Of a DNA stretch of 64,000 bases, positions 39,214-48,396 are shown one piece after another. The position numbers and the translations under genes were made by a program. The first letter of the stretch is position 1. Each line of letters starts with the position of its first letter. Origin of the DNA: Candidatus Latescibacterota bacterium (GTDB lineage Bacteria > Latescibacterota > UBA2968 > UBA8231); contig OZ242318.1 in the NCBI GenBank assembly GCA_965208105.1, forward strand, positions 4,256,001 to 4,320,000. Direction: 5' to 3'. The notes under the pieces are model-generated. The model searched no databases, was not told the origin of the DNA, and was given only the letters and a program-made list of their open reading frames with translations.

Positions 39214-40440
39214 GTGGGCGCCGCGGCCCTTGCTCGGATCGCCTTGAGGAACGTCCTCAGGCAAAAGCAGCGCTCCCTCCTTACGGCGATGATGATGGCG
39301 GGAGGGTTCGTCCTCTGTTCCATCTCCCTGGGAACCTCCTACGGCACCTACTCCCACATCATCGACACCTTCACGCGCAACTTCACCGGCCACATCCAGA
39401 TCCACGGCAGAGGCTACCTCGAAGGACCCTCTCTCTACAACACCATCAGCGACGGCGAGGCCCTGGGCGCCAGGCTCGCCGGCCTGCCCGAGGTGCAGGC
39501 ATGGACGACCCGGGTCTACTCTCCGGTGCTGGTCTTCCTGGGCCAGAAGACAGCCGCCGCCAGACTGGTGGGAGTCCATCCCCTCAGGGAAGGGAGGACA
39601 TCCCGGCTGAAGGAAAAGGTGAAGCGGGGGCGCTTCGTGGCGCAGGAGCCCACCCGGGAGGTAGTCATCGGGGAGGGCCTGGCCGCGGTCCTCCAGGCGG
39701 AGATAGGGGACGAAATCGCCCTCATCGCCCAGGGCGCGGACGGATCATTCGCCAACGATCTGTTCGAGGTGGTAGGCCTGGTGGGGGATGCGGCCGGCGC
39801 CGACGCGCGCACGGGCTGCTACGTGCACATCCGCGCCGCCCAGGACTTCCTGGCCCTGGACCGGCGCCTGCACGAGATGGCGGTGGTGCTCGAAGACCAT
39901 GCCCGGGCGGAGGAGGCAGCTCAGCGGCTGGCGGCGGTCCTGGACGACGAGACCCTTGAAGTTGCGCCCTGGCAGGTGGTGGAGAGAGGATTTCACCAGG
40001 CCATGCAGGCCGACGTCAAGGGGATGTGGGTGTCCTTCCTGATCATCATGATCATCGTGGCGGTGGGGGTGCTCAACACCGTGCTCATGGCCATCCTGGA
40101 GCGCACCAGGGAGCTCGGGGTCCTGCGCGCCCTGGGCACTAGGCCGCGGCAGATATTCCAGCTCGTGGTGCTGGAGACCGCCTTCCTGGCGGGCATGAGC
40201 ATCGCCGCGGGAGCGGTGATCAGCCTGGCCTGCAATTACCTGATCTCCATCTACGGCATTCCCATGCCCACTGCCGTAGACTACGGGGGCATGCAGTTCA
40301 GCCGCATCCGGAGCAGCATCGCCCCCGGGACTATCTGGATCCCCGCCGCCGTGACCCTGGGGACGGCGGTGGGAGTGAGCGTGTTTCCCGGCCTGCGCGC
40401 GGCGAGGATTGCCCCGGTCGAGGCGCTGCGCAGACACTAG
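39214..40440 (+). CDS. ABC transporter permease (LolC/E-FtsX/MacB family)
   Basis: IALRNVLRQKQRSLLT, NTVLMAILERTRELGVLRALG, PVEALR. Confidence 0.9.
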   Translation: MGAAALARIALRNVLRQKQRSLLTAMMMAGGFVLCSISLGTSYGTYSHIIDTFTRNFTGHIQIHGRGYLEGPSLYNTISDGEALGARLAGLPEVQAWTTRVYSPVLVFLGQKTAAARLVGVHPLREGRTSRLKEKVKRGRFVAQEPTREVVIGEGLAAVLQAEIGDEIALIAQGADGSFANDLFEVVGLVGDAAGADARTGCYVHIRAAQDFLALDRRLHEMAVVLEDHARAEEAAQRLAAVLDDETLEVAPWQVVERGFHQAMQADVKGMWVSFLIIMIIVAVGVLNTVLMAILERTRELGVLRALGTRPRQIFQLVVLETAFLAGMSIAAGAVISLACNYLISIYGIPMPTAVDYGGMQFSRIRSSIAPGTIWIPAAVTLGTAVGVSVFPGLRAARIAPVEALRRH

Positions 40441-40604
40441 GGTCCCGTCGCAGAAATATGTCGCCATTGTTCTGCCGATCCATCCCGGATCACGGCGTTG
40501 CCTTCACTCGCCGTACACCACTGGTACGACTCGCTCAGGCGCCTTGTGAGCCGGGCGCCTCGGCGGCCCAATTTCGTCAACCCATCTCTGCGACGGGACC
40601 CTAG
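40437..40604 (+). mobile_element. 168-bp MITE copy C (best-preserved terminal inverted repeats)
   Basis: CTAGGGTCCCGTCGCAGAAAT...ATCTCTGCGACGGGACCCTAG (20/21 inverted match). Confidence 0.9.
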
Positions 40605-40692
40605 GGCCTGAAATAGGTGCGGATCATGCGCAAGGAATAGTGGGACACGTTCCCGCTGCCGCGGCCCGAGGGGCATGTACCCGCGCCCGTCT

Positions 40693-41076
40693 TCAGTCCA
40701 CCACCGCCATGGCTTCGATCTCCACCAGCAGGGTGGGCAACGCAAGCTGCACTCCCACGGTGGAGCGCGCCGGCAGGCTGTCCCCGAAAAACTCGCCGTA
40801 GACCTCGTTCATGGCCTTGAAGTTGGCGAAGTCGGTAATGAAAACCGTGGTCTTGACCACGTCGTCCAGGGTCGCGCCGGCCCCCTCAAGGGCGTTCTTC
40901 ACGTTCTCGAGGGTCTGGCGGGTCTGGGCGGCGATGTCGCCTTCGCCCACCAGGTTGCCCTGGGCATCGAAGGCGATCTGCCCGGCGGTGGTGACTACGT
41001 TGCCCTTGCGGACCACGGCGTGGTAGGGAGCGCCCGGGGTCATCAGGGTATCGGGATTGATTCGTTGAATCGACAT
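40693..41076 (-). CDS. ridA: RidA/YjgF family enamine deaminase
   Basis: AGQI, QTRQTLENV..DVVKTTVF..MNEVYGEFF..PARSTVGV..LVEIEA. Confidence 0.9.
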   Translation of the reverse strand: MSIQRINPDTLMTPGAPYHAVVRKGNVVTTAGQIAFDAQGNLVGEGDIAAQTRQTLENVKNALEGAGATLDDVVKTTVFITDFANFKAMNEVYGEFFGDSLPARSTVGVQLALPTLLVEIEAMAVVD

Positions 41077-41333
41077 TGAGAGCCTCCTTTGAGGTAATGG
41101 TGAAATGTCTCGGGGGTTCCTGGTGATGATGTATTGCGCTTCGCGGGACCGGGGTCAATTGTGATTCCTGTCCAGCTCGGCAAGCAGATCCCAGCCTCTG
41201 GAGGTGAGGGGGTACTTCTGCTTGGTGCTTCGGGGCTTTTAGGGGATAGTCATCTTCGAGATGGGGCTTGTCTTGCCAATTTCATTTTTTGTCTATCTGC
41301 GGATCATCGCATGAATGATTTGGGATTGCTATA

Positions 41334-41735
41334 TCAGCGGACCCAGTTTTCCAGCATGAGTCCCGGAACTTTCTCAAACTCTTTTACATTATTGCTCACC
41401 AAAACAAGCCCGTACGCACGGGCCTGACCCGCGATCATCATATCGTAGGGGCCGATTGGAGCACCGACGCGATATAGTTCCGCACGGATTCGCCCGAAAT
41501 GACTGGCCGAAACATGGTCGAACGGCATGATCTCAAGCCTTGTGGCCAGCGATTCAATATCCGCCAGATTGCGCTCGGGCTGGGCGGAGCGTTCAACGCC
41601 ATAGATGAGTTCGCCCCAAGTTACGGAAGAAATCGCCATCTGACCTTGCGACCGATTGAATTTTTGCCGCAGCGATTGGGGGCGGTCCTTGATGGCATGA
41701 ATCACCACATTGGTATCTAGAAGATACCTGAGCAT
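41334..41735 (-). CDS. vapC: VapC PIN-domain toxin (tRNA-fMet nuclease type)
   Basis: YLLDTNVVI, ISSVTWGELIYG, PIGPYDMMIAG, VSNNVKEFEKVPGL. Confidence 0.93.
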   Translation of the reverse strand: MLRYLLDTNVVIHAIKDRPQSLRQKFNRSQGQMAISSVTWGELIYGVERSAQPERNLADIESLATRLEIMPFDHVSASHFGRIRAELYRVGAPIGPYDMMIAGQARAYGLVLVSNNVKEFEKVPGLMLENWVR

Positions 41736-41971
41736 CAAAGTTTTTCCCGCCGTGCATCGGCCGGCTGTTCCCGTACCGACATGAAATCAACTGAAACACC
41801 GGGTCCGTCGAACCACTCATCCCAACTCTCTCCGGCAGGTGTGATAACGCGCTTTGACCCTATTGCGACGATGTCGACCTCGCGCACTGATTCCGGCAGT
41901 TCAACGGCCTTGGGAAGCCGCACCGCCTGGCTCTTGTTGCTCATAAAAACTTTCGTGTGTGCAGTTGCCAT
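41735..41971 (-). CDS. vapB: VapB antitoxin (AbrB type)
   Basis: TKVFMSNKSQAVRLPK..SWDEWF..DFM; TGATG overlap with vapC. Confidence 0.92.
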   Translation of the reverse strand: MATAHTKVFMSNKSQAVRLPKAVELPESVREVDIVAIGSKRVITPAGESWDEWFDGPGVSVDFMSVREQPADARREKL

Positions 41972-42120
41972 GCTATAACCTCGATTCACTTGCTTCAATT
42001 CGATGGATATACGATAAGGATATACAAAAATGGCGAGGTCGCAAACATAATTATTCGTCTCTGTGCAGTGGGCCCTCGGTGAAAGTTGTAGTGCGCGGTG
42101 GGAGGGGTGAATTCATTTTC

Positions 42121-42510
42121 CTACTTCTCGACCTGTTGAGCTTGGTCATAGGGCCAACTCAAATTCAGGCCGCGGGCTAAGGCTTCGAGGCGCTGGTCCC
42201 GGGTCCACAATAGCGCCGGCGGAGCCAGGGCCGCGGCCGCCAGCAGATGAACATCAATATAACCGATGCCCCTTCCCATCAACTGCTTTCGTTCGAGAAA
42301 ATACAGCGCTTCGGACTCGGTCGCCGGAGAAAGAACGGGTAAATCCATCAGGCTGGAAAGGATTTCACCTCGGCCCGTGAGGTTGCCGCAGGCGATTTCG
42401 CCGATTACGAAAGGATGGGTAAGTACCTGGTTTCCATCGAGCAGCCGGGCCAGGATATCGTCCCCGCGGCGCAGATGCTCGATCCATACCGAGGTATCAA
42501 CCAGAACCAT
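42121..42510 (-). CDS. vapC: VapC PIN-domain toxin (second module)
   Basis: MVLVDTSVWIEHLR, HPFVIGEIACG, GIGYIDVHLL, LWTRDQRL; start re-called at 42510. Confidence 0.9.
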   Translation of the reverse strand: MVLVDTSVWIEHLRRGDDILARLLDGNQVLTHPFVIGEIACGNLTGRGEILSSLMDLPVLSPATESEALYFLERKQLMGRGIGYIDVHLLAAAALAPPALLWTRDQRLEALARGLNLSWPYDQAQQVEK

Positions 42511-42700
42511 CGCTGACACGACGCCGTGGAGTGGACTGCAGTTCGGGTTGGCTTCCCCCCAGTCTGGCCAGGCGCCGCGCGCTTTCCCGCTCCACAAGGG
42601 CTTTCAAGGCCTCCCGGATCAACTCCGGCTTCGAGGCGATATTTGTAATGGACTGCGCTCGGGCAAAAAGTTCGTCGTCGATATTCAAGGTCGTCCTCAT
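42497..42700 (-). CDS. vapB: VapB antitoxin (RHH type)
   Basis: MRTTLNIDDELF..LIREALKALVERESARRLARLGGS. Confidence 0.9.
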   Translation of the reverse strand: MRTTLNIDDELFARAQSITNIASKPELIREALKALVERESARRLARLGGSQPELQSTPRRRVSDGSG

Positions 42701-42898
42701 TCTCCATGCTCCCTGTTCGGTTGCCGGGTGGTAAAACGGCCTGCATCAAATTTAACATCAAAAGATGCCGAAAACAATGCTATGCGGATGGCCATTGAGG
42801 GCGGTTGAGCCAATATGCGGGCTATGGTAGCTTTGTAAGATGGTTGCCGGTCATTGCCGCGCAGGACGGGCAACCCCGGGAAAGGAGGCACCCGCCCG

Positions 42899-44155
42899 AT
42901 GGGGCTCGATAACCCGGCAGTTTCATCGATGCTCATGCTGGTCCGGCTGGCCTGGAGAAATATCTTTCGCTGCGGGCGCAGGACCCTGCTGTCCGCGCTG
43001 GCCATAGGTCTCGGGATGGCGGCGCTGATCTTTACCGATGCCTTCACCATCGGCATGGAAGAAAGCGTCATCAGGACGGCCACCGATACCTTTCTGGGTC
43101 AGGGCCAGATCCACGCCGAGGGCTTCAGAAGCACCTACGAGGTGGAGAGGACGGTGCGCAACCGCGAGACACTCCTGGCGGCATTGGGGAGGGATCCGCA
43201 GGTGGCGTCCTTTGCGCCGCGGTCCCTGACCCACGGCATGCTCACCTCGGCGGCCAACGTCAGCTCCGTCCTCCTCTGCGGCATCGATCCGGAGCGCGAA
43301 AGGGAGGTCTCCAAGATCGACGAGGCCATCGTGCGGGGTGCCTACCTGGAGGCGGGTATTGCAGGCAGGATGCTCGTGGGCGCCAAGCTGGCCGAGACCC
43401 TTGAGGTTGGGTTGGGCGACCGCCTCGTGGTCACCGTGGCCCAGGCGGAGAGCGGCGCCCTGGCGCAGGAGATGTTCCGGGTCGGGGGGATATTCCGCTT
43501 CAACGTGCGCGATATGGACGCCGGAGTGGTTTTCGTCGATCTAAGCGCGGCGCAGGAGCTTTCCGGTCTGGGTGCGGAGGTCCACGAGATCGCTCTCCAC
43601 TTCGACGATATTGCCATGGCCGGAGATCCGGAGTTGGAGCTGTGGCGGCGCTACGGGCAGGACGGCAACGAGATTCTGGGATGGAAGGAGCTCCTCCCCG
43701 CCCTGGATGCGGTCCTGGAAATGTCGAACCTCTCCATGCTCATATTGAGTATTATTCTTTTCGCCGTGGTGGCCCTCACGATTGTCAATACCCTCCTGAT
43801 GTCGCTCTACGAGAGGATGTTCGAGTTCGGCATGCTGCGCGCCATGGGGACCCGTCCCCGCAGGCTGGCCCTGCTCATCTTCCTCGAGGTGGCCTCCCTT
43901 GCCCTGGTCAGTGTCGCCGTGGGCAGCGTCCTGGGCCTGGCGGTGACCGCTATATTCGCCGAGTACGGGATCGATTACGTCGGAATCGAGATGGCGGGGG
44001 TGACCCTGCGGGAGCTGATATACCCGGTGGCCGCGGCGCGGCAGTTCGTGATTTTTCCGCTGATGGTACTGGCCTTCGCCCTGGTGGCGGGGATCTATCC
44101 GGCGGTCCTGGCGGCGAGGGTGGAGCCGGTGGAGGCCATGAGAAAAGGCTTCTGA
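42899..44155 (+). CDS. ABC transporter permease (second LolC/E-like subunit)
   Basis: LAWRNIFRCGRRTLLS, NTLLMSLYERMFEFGMLRAMG, PVEAMR; start uncertain (42899-42935). Confidence 0.88.
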   Translation: MGLDNPAVSSMLMLVRLAWRNIFRCGRRTLLSALAIGLGMAALIFTDAFTIGMEESVIRTATDTFLGQGQIHAEGFRSTYEVERTVRNRETLLAALGRDPQVASFAPRSLTHGMLTSAANVSSVLLCGIDPEREREVSKIDEAIVRGAYLEAGIAGRMLVGAKLAETLEVGLGDRLVVTVAQAESGALAQEMFRVGGIFRFNVRDMDAGVVFVDLSAAQELSGLGAEVHEIALHFDDIAMAGDPELELWRRYGQDGNEILGWKELLPALDAVLEMSNLSMLILSIILFAVVALTIVNTLLMSLYERMFEFGMLRAMGTRPRRLALLIFLEVASLALVSVAVGSVLGLAVTAIFAEYGIDYVGIEMAGVTLRELIYPVAAARQFVIFPLMVLAFALVAGIYPAVLAARVEPVEAMRKGF

Positions 44156-44221
44156 GCCGGTCCTCGGGGCGGGTGGCGGCGCAATTGCGGATGAGCAGTT
44201 CACACGACGGAGAGTGGAGTT

Positions 44222-44923
44222 ATGAGTGAAGGCGCTGAAGAGGTGATCCGGACCGAAGCCCTCTCCAAGGTCTACCGCGAGGGCGAGGTCGAGGTGCGGG
44301 CGCTGCGGGAGGTCAGTCTCGGCATCGAGAGAGGGGAGTTCACGGCCATCGCCGGGCCCTCCGGGTCGGGGAAGTCGACCTTGCTCAACCTGATGGGAGG
44401 ACTGGACCGCCCTTCCTCGGGATCGGTGGCCCTGGCCGGGCGCTCCATCGTCGCCATGAGCGGCAACGAGCTGTCCGATTTCCGCCGCGACCGGGTGGGA
44501 TTCATCTTCCAGTCCTTCAACCTGATTCCGGTTCTCACGGCGATCGAGAACGTCGAGTACGTCATGCTCCTCCAGGGGGTCGAGGCGTCCGAGCGGCGCC
44601 GGCGCGCCAACGAGATCCTGGCCGAGGTCGGGCTCGAGGGCCTGGAGGGACGGCGGCCGCCGCAACTGTCGGGGGGCCAGCAGCAGCGTGTGGCCGTTGC
44701 CCGGGCCATCGTCTCGCGGCCCGACATCATCCTGGCTGACGAGCCCACCGCCAACCTGGATTCCGCCGCGGGGTCGGCCCTGCTGGATCTGATGCGCGGG
44801 TTGAACCGCAGCCGCGGAACCACCTTCGTCTTCTCCACCCACGACCGCATGATCATGGACCGGGCCCGCAGGCTGATGGTCCTCAAGGACGGCCGCATCG
44901 ACCGGGACGAGGTGAGGGATTGA
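44222..44923 (+). CDS. ABC transporter ATP-binding protein (LolD-like)
   Basis: GPSGSGKST, GFIFQSFNL, LSGGQQQRVAVARA, ILADEPTANLD, STHD. Confidence 0.93.
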   Translation: MSEGAEEVIRTEALSKVYREGEVEVRALREVSLGIERGEFTAIAGPSGSGKSTLLNLMGGLDRPSSGSVALAGRSIVAMSGNELSDFRRDRVGFIFQSFNLIPVLTAIENVEYVMLLQGVEASERRRRANEILAEVGLEGLEGRRPPQLSGGQQQRVAVARAIVSRPDIILADEPTANLDSAAGSALLDLMRGLNRSRGTTFVFSTHDRMIMDRARRLMVLKDGRIDRDEVRD

Positions 44924-46158
44924 GGCGGGGACGGCTGCCCCTGCCGGTTGCGATGCTGCTGGCGGCGGCATCGGCGACCGGCGCCGGCGGAGAGGTGAGG
45001 ATCGGCGGCCATTTCAAGAACTTTTTCACGGCCCTGGACCCGCCGTCGCTGAGCGGGGTATCCCAGCCTCTCGAAGGGGAGGGGTACAGCCGCCTGCGGC
45101 TGGAGCTCTTCGGCCGGAGGGGCTCCTCGGTTGCCGCCGAAATAGCTTACGAGTTAGCCCCTCGCCTGCGGCAGGCAAGCCCCGCGGCCCTGGCGGTTGC
45201 AGCGTCGAGGCCGCCCCTGTCCTCCTACCGCGCCGTCGATTTTTCCGCCAGGATCTATCCAGGCGGAGGCGGGGGCAAGGGTTCCTTCGCCCTGCTGCAC
45301 AACCTCGACCGCGCCTTCGTGACCTTCTCCACCTCCTTCGCCGATTTCCACCTGGGCCGTCAGCCCGTGGCCTTCGGCTCTGCCCGGGTCGTGAATCCCA
45401 TCGACTTGCTGGAACCCTTCGCCTACGAGGCACTGGACAAGGAGGACCGGGTCGGGGTCGATGCGCTGCGCGCCCGCATTCCCGTGGGGGACCTCAGCGA
45501 GCTGGATGCGGGGCTGGTCTTCGGAGAAGATTTCGATCCCGGCGACAGCGCCGTGTTTCTTCGCGGCCACTTCTTCCTTGGCCAGGCCGACGTTGCGCCG
45601 GCGGCGGTGCTCTTCAGGGAAAACCTGCTGCTGGGGGTGGACCTGGCGCGGTCCCTCGGAGGCGCGGGATCATGGCTCGAGGCCGGATATACCCTGGCGG
45701 GGTTTCTGAGCGACGACCAGTCCGGGGAGAATTATCTGAGGCTCTCCACCGGACTGGACTACAGCTTCGGCAGCCGGCTCTACTGCTTTGTCGAGTACCA
45801 TCTCAACGGGGCCGGCAGCGCCCTGCCCGAGGCCTACCTGGAACAGGCGGGGGAGACCGCCTACCGGGAAGGTGGGGTCCATCTCTGGGGGCGCCACTAC
45901 GCCGCCCCGGGCATGACCGTTCAGGTCACTCCCCTGCTCAGCGCCGGCCTGCAAGCCCTGATCAATGTGAGAGACGGCTCGGCCCTGGTGGCGCCCAGGC
46001 TGGCCTACAGCTTCGCTGACAATGTGGCGGTGGCCGCGGGGGGATTCTTCAGCCTCGGCCGCCGGGCGAGGATCAGTCCCGGACCCGGGCTCGTGCCGCG
46101 CTCGGAGTTCGGGCTCTACCCGGGAGTCTACTTCACTTCCGTGGCCCTTTATTTCTAG
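44920..46158 (+). CDS. Hypothetical outer-membrane beta-barrel protein
   Basis: Signal peptide; LDRAFV..LGRQPVAFG..NPIDLL..GVDALR; C-terminal ALYF. Confidence 0.75.
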   Translation: MRRGRLPLPVAMLLAAASATGAGGEVRIGGHFKNFFTALDPPSLSGVSQPLEGEGYSRLRLELFGRRGSSVAAEIAYELAPRLRQASPAALAVAASRPPLSSYRAVDFSARIYPGGGGGKGSFALLHNLDRAFVTFSTSFADFHLGRQPVAFGSARVVNPIDLLEPFAYEALDKEDRVGVDALRARIPVGDLSELDAGLVFGEDFDPGDSAVFLRGHFFLGQADVAPAAVLFRENLLLGVDLARSLGGAGSWLEAGYTLAGFLSDDQSGENYLRLSTGLDYSFGSRLYCFVEYHLNGAGSALPEAYLEQAGETAYREGGVHLWGRHYAAPGMTVQVTPLLSAGLQALINVRDGSALVAPRLAYSFADNVAVAAGGFFSLGRRARISPGPGLVPRSEFGLYPGVYFTSVALYF

Positions 46159-46371
46159 GGACCGGCAGAATCCGGCGATCATTCCCAGATCCTCACCGAA
46201 CATTTGGAAACCTTCCTCCAGCAAGCCCGCAGGTCCGAGCACCGCCTGCCGCTCCACGTCGAGAAGGAGATGCGCGCCTACCTCGAATGCTGCATGCTGG
46301 CCTACGGGTTCGTTCGGGCTCGTTGTGAGGACTGCGGGACGGGTCGGGCTGTTGCCATTTCCTGCAAGTGT
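46159..46371 (+). pseudogene. IS91/ISCR transposase remnant, N-terminal zinc-binding domain
   Basis: EHLETFL..LPLHVEKEMRAYLECCMLAYGFVRARCEDCG..AISCKC matches the IS91 Zn-binding pattern; the frame then degenerates. Confidence 0.85.
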
Positions 46372-46494
46372 TACATTCATCTGCCTTTCGATGCCCTGGT
46401 CGGAGTTGTAGCAGCCGCTTCTTGAAAACTGGCTGCCGCAGCATCCCCACAGGGTTAATAATTTATGCCTCACGAATCATTGAAATGGCGGTGA

Positions 46495-47550
46495 GTGATG
46501 GAAGTGGTGGAAACCCAGGTGGTCTATAGCGACGGCCACCACAACGCCTGGACCGATCTGGCTCTTTTCCAGGGCCGCTGGTACGTCTTTTTCAAAAGCG
46601 GGTGGTGGCATGCCGGGCCCGGACACCGGCCGGTGTATGCCCGCTCTACTGATTTGACGGCCGCGAGCTGGGATAAACCCCGCGGGATTGCACCCGTTGA
46701 CAAATTGTGTTTGTTGGGTTCGGGACCGGCCAAGTTCTTCGTGTGGCAGGAGTCGCTCTGGGCTGTGGTGCACATGGCAGTTCCGACGGATTCCCATGCA
46801 GGCATTCCTCCGGGCAGGGCGGGCAGATCCCAGGCTTTTGTGACATGCTCGCCCGACGGCATGGTGTGGTCGGAGCCGCGGCCGTTGTTTGATCGAGGCC
46901 AATACCTTTGGCGCGTCCAGGAGCGCGACGGCTATCTCTACGCTGCGGTATTCGAGATCTCCTACGAACGCAACCGCGACATCTGGCTCCTGCGCAGCGA
47001 CGATGTCTTTCGCTGGTCCGAGGTGGCGCGCTGGTACGGCAGCCAGCCCGATCTGCTGTTCGACGATGATGGGGAAGCCATTTCGCTCGGGCTTTCGCCG
47101 CGCGACAGCGGTAACTTCCGCAACCTGGACACCCTGCGCCGCGCTCGACCGCCCTACACCCAGTGGGGTACGGAGGAGCTGGGTTTCACCGTGCATTCTC
47201 CGGTCCTGGCAAGGGCCGGAGGCAAGTTGCTGATGGCTGGCGTGGAGTGGCTCGCCAAACCTGGGCGCCAGATGACGCTGCGGGCCTACGAAGATGGTTC
47301 GTTTGGCGATCCCCTTGTACTGTTTCCGGACGGCGACTGTGGGTACCCCGGCATGATCTCGATTCCCGGCCGCGAGGATGAGGTCCTCGTTTCGTACTAC
47401 GGCGGCGTCGATCGGCCCGGACTCAGCTTCCGTCCGGTGACTGTGTCCCTCGAGATCGACGGCGACACCTTTTCGGGCTACACAGACGCGGCCGAGTATT
47501 ACTTCCGTCAGAAGTGCGACATCTTTGTGACTCGGGTACGAGTGAGTTAA
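46495..47550 (+). CDS. Sialidase-like/BNR beta-propeller hypothetical protein
   Basis: DGHHNAWTDLALFQGRWY, CSPDGMVWS, RSDDVFRW, GDCGYPG..VSYY. Confidence 0.7.
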   Translation: MMEVVETQVVYSDGHHNAWTDLALFQGRWYVFFKSGWWHAGPGHRPVYARSTDLTAASWDKPRGIAPVDKLCLLGSGPAKFFVWQESLWAVVHMAVPTDSHAGIPPGRAGRSQAFVTCSPDGMVWSEPRPLFDRGQYLWRVQERDGYLYAAVFEISYERNRDIWLLRSDDVFRWSEVARWYGSQPDLLFDDDGEAISLGLSPRDSGNFRNLDTLRRARPPYTQWGTEELGFTVHSPVLARAGGKLLMAGVEWLAKPGRQMTLRAYEDGSFGDPLVLFPDGDCGYPGMISIPGREDEVLVSYYGGVDRPGLSFRPVTVSLEIDGDTFSGYTDAAEYYFRQKCDIFVTRVRVS

Positions 47551-47940
47551 TCAGCCGGAGCCGCGCGGCATCGGTCGCGTCGTCCGTTCGAAGCTGCGGC
47601 TTCCCGGGATGCAAACGAATCCGCCGCTTTCCTTACCAAACCCCGACGCCTCGTCGGGGAGCGCCCAGGCCACATTCACCTTTTCTACCATCGACCGGCC
47701 CTCCAGGCGGTAGAATCCCGCGGTGTTCTGACCGTGTAGGGAGCCGCCTGTAGTTCCCTTCGGGTACTCACAGCACATCGGCTCGCCGGTTTCGCGGTGA
47801 CCGTATCCAAGCATCCAGTTCAGCTGCTGGGTGATCGCCGGATGAGCACCCATGCGGTGAAACGGCGCGCAGTGCGGCTTGGGCAGGAGATACAGGCTGC
47901 CCAATCTTGGGTGGTGGATGTCACCCCGCAACCGGATCGA
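47551..47940 (-). pseudogene. Fragment of a phytanoyl-CoA dioxygenase-family gene
   Basis: LPKPHCAPFHRMGAHPAI..LHG..VNVAWALPD..GGFVCIPGS; ends truncated. Confidence 0.55.
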
Positions 47941-48182
47941 CCTCGCCGGGTCCGCCGGAAGGCATTGCACGCGCACTGCGGAACATACCCTCGACGAGTC
48001 GGCAGGAATCTCCCTGGGTGTGGTCGCCGGAGATGGGTTCGCTGGTTGCCCAGGTCGAGGGCGTGGGGCCGGCACCGCCGACCGAGCTCGACATGCCCCA
48101 GGCGGGACCGAAGCCCTTTTCCGGGATCGACCTGGACTCGGTGATCCAGGTCATTTCCGTCCCTACTGCTCCGTCCCTACTG

Positions 48183-48292
48183 CGAGCCCTGTCAAACGAC
48201 CTGCAAACGATCCTCCGCGAGCTTGCCCCGCCCCTTGCGTGTGTTCGGCGCCTTGACAAGAGGGCCGAAAAGGCGCCTCCTTTTTCCTATAC
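48183..48292 (+). mobile_element. IS91/ISCR oriIS-like end 1
   Basis: Homologous to 63523-63630: GCAAACGATCCTCCG.GAGCT..CGCCTTGAC..GAAAAGG..TTCCTATAC. Confidence 0.75.
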
Positions 48293-48396
48293 TTTTATAC
48301 TTTTGCCGCTCCTGGTTGACCCCGTTCAGGGTGGAACAGCCTGCGTGCGTGAAGCGAACTGTGGAATCAAGTCCTCCAATGCGAAGGGAGTTTGCC

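Noticed and set aside
7159-40604. Dispersed repeat considered as CRISPR, tRNA or riboswitch
   Set aside because: No repeat-spacer periodicity, cas genes or cloverleaf; terminal inverted repeats indicate a MITE.
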